Assembly (NCBI GenBank): GCA_046046485.1 | Contig: JBJOJU010000376.1 | Span: 1 to 35,684, forward strand | Reading direction: 5' to 3' | Length of the DNA stretch: 35,684 bases | Source: Chloroflexota bacterium | GTDB taxonomy: Bacteria; Chloroflexota; Chloroflexia; Chloroflexales; Roseiflexaceae | Part shown: piece after piece, positions 33,702 to 35,684 of the stretch | How positions within the stretch are numbered: the stretch's first letter is position 1 | Layout of the letters: each line of letters begins with the position of its first letter | Position numbers and translations under genes: made by a program | Notes under the pieces: generated by a model | What the model was told of the DNA's origin: nothing | Databases searched by the model: none | Seen by the model: only the letters and a program-made list of their open reading frames with translations

Positions 33702-34388
33702 CTAGCTGCGCGCCAGTACTTCGTGTGCCGCGGCCACGATCCGCGCTGCGACCTTGGGGCTGGCGTTTGCCCCCGGTTCGATGGCACGCACGATGTCTTC
33801 GGGCCCGAAATCCCCCCCAAACACGTCGGCTGCCACGGCGCCGTGTTTTTTCGCAGTATCGATGACATGCCGCGACACGATGCCCAGCACCGGGTTTATT
33901 GCGACCCACGACAACGAGCGGTCGATGACCTCCCCATCGAGCAGATCGCCTGCATACAACGTGATGTCATAGATCGGATAGATCGACACCAACACCAAGT
34001 GCTTCACGCCCCGATTTTTCAGCGCGGCGACCGTCGCGTCGTACGCTGCTAAGACAGGGTGTACCCCGCGGTACATCGCCGTCATGCCCTCGAGTACGTT
34101 GTTGACCTCCTGGTTATAGACACCAAACAGCTGCCGCAGATTGTTCCCCATCACGCTCAACACCAGCACGTCGTGTTCGGGCCGAAAGCCCGCCGCCAGT
34201 GTCGCCTCGAACTGGTCTGCCATGTGCTGGAGGCCCACACCGTCGATGGCGATGCACGTCGCACCGGCCGGCCACAATGCATTTACGCAATCGGTCACCG
34301 TCGGTGCGCTGCCGACATACGGTGCATTGTCGATGATCGAATCCCCCAGCAGGAACAGCCGCGGGGCACTGTCGGATTGGTGTGTCAT
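33702..34388 (-). CDS. SGNH/GDSL-family hydrolase
   Basis: Block I reads LFLLGDSIIDN. The length is ~228 aa and a C-terminal Asp/His region is present. Confidence 0.8.
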   Translation of the reverse strand: MTHQSDSAPRLFLLGDSIIDNAPYVGSAPTVTDCVNALWPAGATCIAIDGVGLQHMADQFEATLAAGFRPEHDVLVLSVMGNNLRQLFGVYNQEVNNVLEGMTAMYRGVHPVLAAYDATVAALKNRGVKHLVLVSIYPIYDITLYAGDLLDGEVIDRSLSWVAINPVLGIVSRHVIDTAKKHGAVAADVFGGDFGPEDIVRAIEPGANASPKVAARIVAAAHEVLARS

Positions 34389-34436
34389 TGAGAGACTTTC
34401 TATTAACGTACGTGAAACGTTTGACTGACAAATATG

Positions 34437-34465
34437 AGTATAGCAGAGGTTTGTATTTTTCTCAA
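34437..34465 (-). promoter_or_regulatory. Sigma-70-type promoter of the SGNH hydrolase gene
   Basis: The minus strand reads TTGAGA (34465..34460), a 17-bp spacer, then TATACT (34442..34437). It lies within an unusually AT-rich 230-bp gap. Confidence 0.55.
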
Positions 34466-34617
34466 CATTTGTAGAGAAACTCTATTACTCCGTTAACACA
34501 GCGCAGAATCTGATTTCTCACAGCCATCCAGCACCATCCGGCATTGACAAATGGGTATTTTTCGATGCATTTCACTATAACGTCGTCGTGACACGTTTTG
34601 TTGCAGCAGCCGCCCAC

Positions 34618-35055
34618 TCACTCCAGATTGGTCACCGCAAACGGCCCCCACTGCTCCTGCAGGTAGGCGACCACGATGCTGCGATGGCACTCGTGAGCGT
34701 GGTGTTCGCTGCACAGCAGTACGCCGCCGTCCAGCAATGTCCGGGGCACGCTGCGTTCGACGGCACGGCTGCGCAAGAGCTCGGTGAACTGTGGGGCGAA
34801 CGTCGACCATGGTTGGTGCTGCTTGCGCTGACCGTCGAGCAGCGCTTGGGTCGGGGCAAGCAACGGCTCGGCGACGTAGTCCATCGCGCAGATCGTGCGC
34901 GCGAAGTAAGCGAGGTCGTCTTTTTTGGCAAAACCGGCGAGTTGCGAGACGTTGTTGAGGCGGATATCGACGATGCGCCGGGCACCGGAGCTGCGCAACG
35001 TCTCGAAAAAGACCGCAGCAGATTTTTTCGTGAAACCGATGGTATAGACGTGCAT
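34618..35055 (-). CDS. DUF488-family protein
   Basis: The N-terminus MHVYTIGFTKKSAAVFFETLRSSGARRIVDIRLNN is typical of DUF488. The ORF is 145 aa. A GAGG RBS precedes the start. Confidence 0.8.
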   Translation of the reverse strand: MHVYTIGFTKKSAAVFFETLRSSGARRIVDIRLNNVSQLAGFAKKDDLAYFARTICAMDYVAEPLLAPTQALLDGQRKQHQPWSTFAPQFTELLRSRAVERSVPRTLLDGGVLLCSEHHAHECHRSIVVAYLQEQWGPFAVTNLE

Positions 35056-35100
35056 GCGGGTGACCTCGTCAGCAGAATCACCAGCATTGTAGCGGGTACG

Positions 35101-35472
35101 TCAGCGGGCGGCGTCGACCTGGGCACGGATATGTGCCAACAACACCTGGAGTGCCACGTCGACCCGGCCAGCCCGCCCCATGTGCGACTGAGTCACCGCG
35201 GCCGCAAACCCCACCGGGTCGAGGCGGGGCCACCCCAACGGCTCTTGGTCGTCGGCGAGCTCCCAGTCGCCGGTCGCGACTGTGTGGTGTTCGGCGTCTT
35301 GCAGGTCGAGCTCGACGACGATACGGTCAAAATGGCGCTGGCCAGGGTGGTCGGCGGCGACATGACCGTAGATCCGCCGCAAGACCACGCCCAACGATGG
35401 TCGCAGCACCGCCCAGTTATCGGCATCGACGGGGAGTTCGACGACGTCGTCGGTCGTGACACGTATGCGCAT
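35101..35472 (-). CDS. Hypothetical protein
   Basis: I trimmed the start to the ATG at 35472 (MRIRVTTDDVVEL) because AAGGAG sits 7 nt upstream. I recognise no family. Confidence 0.55.
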   Translation of the reverse strand: MRIRVTTDDVVELPVDADNWAVLRPSLGVVLRRIYGHVAADHPGQRHFDRIVVELDLQDAEHHTVATGDWELADDQEPLGWPRLDPVGFAAAVTQSHMGRAGRVDVALQVLLAHIRAQVDAAR

Positions 35473-35604
35473 GGGAGTCTCCTTTTTCGCTGTATCAATA
35501 TGCACAGTGTGTCGCGAAAAGGCAGATCGAGATAGGTGAAATTTTACAAGTTTTTCACAAAAAATCCGTTGGGTTGTGGCGTCTGTTGCTTTCCCAGGCA
35601 GGCA

Positions 35605-35645
35605 GACGCACCCAAACCCCACTGCCGGTGTCGCCGACAGTGGGG
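35605..35645 (-). terminator. Possible terminator of the gene entering from the right edge
   Basis: CCCCACTG (35617-35624) pairs with CAGTGGGG (35638-35645), plus 3 inner base pairs. The minus-strand tail TTTGGG is weak. Confidence 0.4.
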
Positions 35646-35657
35646 TGTTCGGTGTGA

Positions 35658-35684
35658 TTAGGCTTCGTCGTCTGCAGCGTCGAT
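35658..35684 (-). CDS. 3' end of an unidentified gene (partial, runs off the right edge)
   Basis: The minus-strand frame ..IDAADDEA ends at a TAA whose complement is at 35658-35660. Only 8 codons are visible. Confidence 0.25.
   Translation of the reverse strand: MDAADDEA

Noticed and set aside
35536-35558. TGTGAAA..TTTCAC considered as a CRP/FNR-type site.
   Set aside because: The half-site spacing (N11 between GTGAAA and TTTCAC) does not fit TGTGA-N6-TCACA. It is kept only as a generic inverted repeat within the DUF488-pair finding.

Overview
This is a GC-rich bacterial chromosomal window. Strong Shine-Dalgarno sites, lipoproteins with Ala/Pro/Thr-rich linkers, a GH57+GlgB pair, a mycoredoxin-like redoxin and a secreted pentapeptide-repeat protein fit Chloroflexota or Actinomycetota, but the taxon cannot be assigned from sequence alone. 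I call 30 complete protein-coding genes plus 2 edge fragments. I recognised no rRNA, tRNA, CRISPR array, transposase or integrase. Most content is housekeeping or metabolic: pepF, purA, aceB, glgB, a GH57 enzyme, a cysteine desulfurase, a CCA-adding-type nucleotidyltransferase, a nitrilase-superfamily hydrolase, a GT39-like membrane glycosyltransferase, a TerC-type membrane protein, a YigZ/IMPACT protein and a GAF-PAS histidine kinase. Many ORF-track entries are antisense shadow ORFs or 5' over-extensions, and I trimmed starts to ATG/GTG codons preceded by an RBS. Six items are worth a second look. (1) An SsuA/B/C-type ABC importer operon has a permease that reads in frame, with no stop codon, into a complete MenA prenyltransferase that keeps its own AAGGAG+ATG. 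(2) The ~600-bp non-coding gap between the pentapeptide gene and the kinase gene holds a tandemly duplicated ~260-bp module with a 21-bp identical AT-rich palindromic box and promoter/operator-like blocks. (3) The secreted pentapeptide-repeat protein is interrupted six times by a conserved ~30-aa module. (4) A 14-bp motif occurs seven times, in both orientations, upstream of the cysteine desulfurase gene. (5) A (GGGTTAA)n repeat with G-quadruplex potential spans a stop codon. (6) A translationally coupled four-gene operon joins a CCA-adding-type enzyme and an Fmt-like formyltransferase to a hydrolase and an oxidoreductase. All functional calls rest on motifs read from the translations; no database search was possible.
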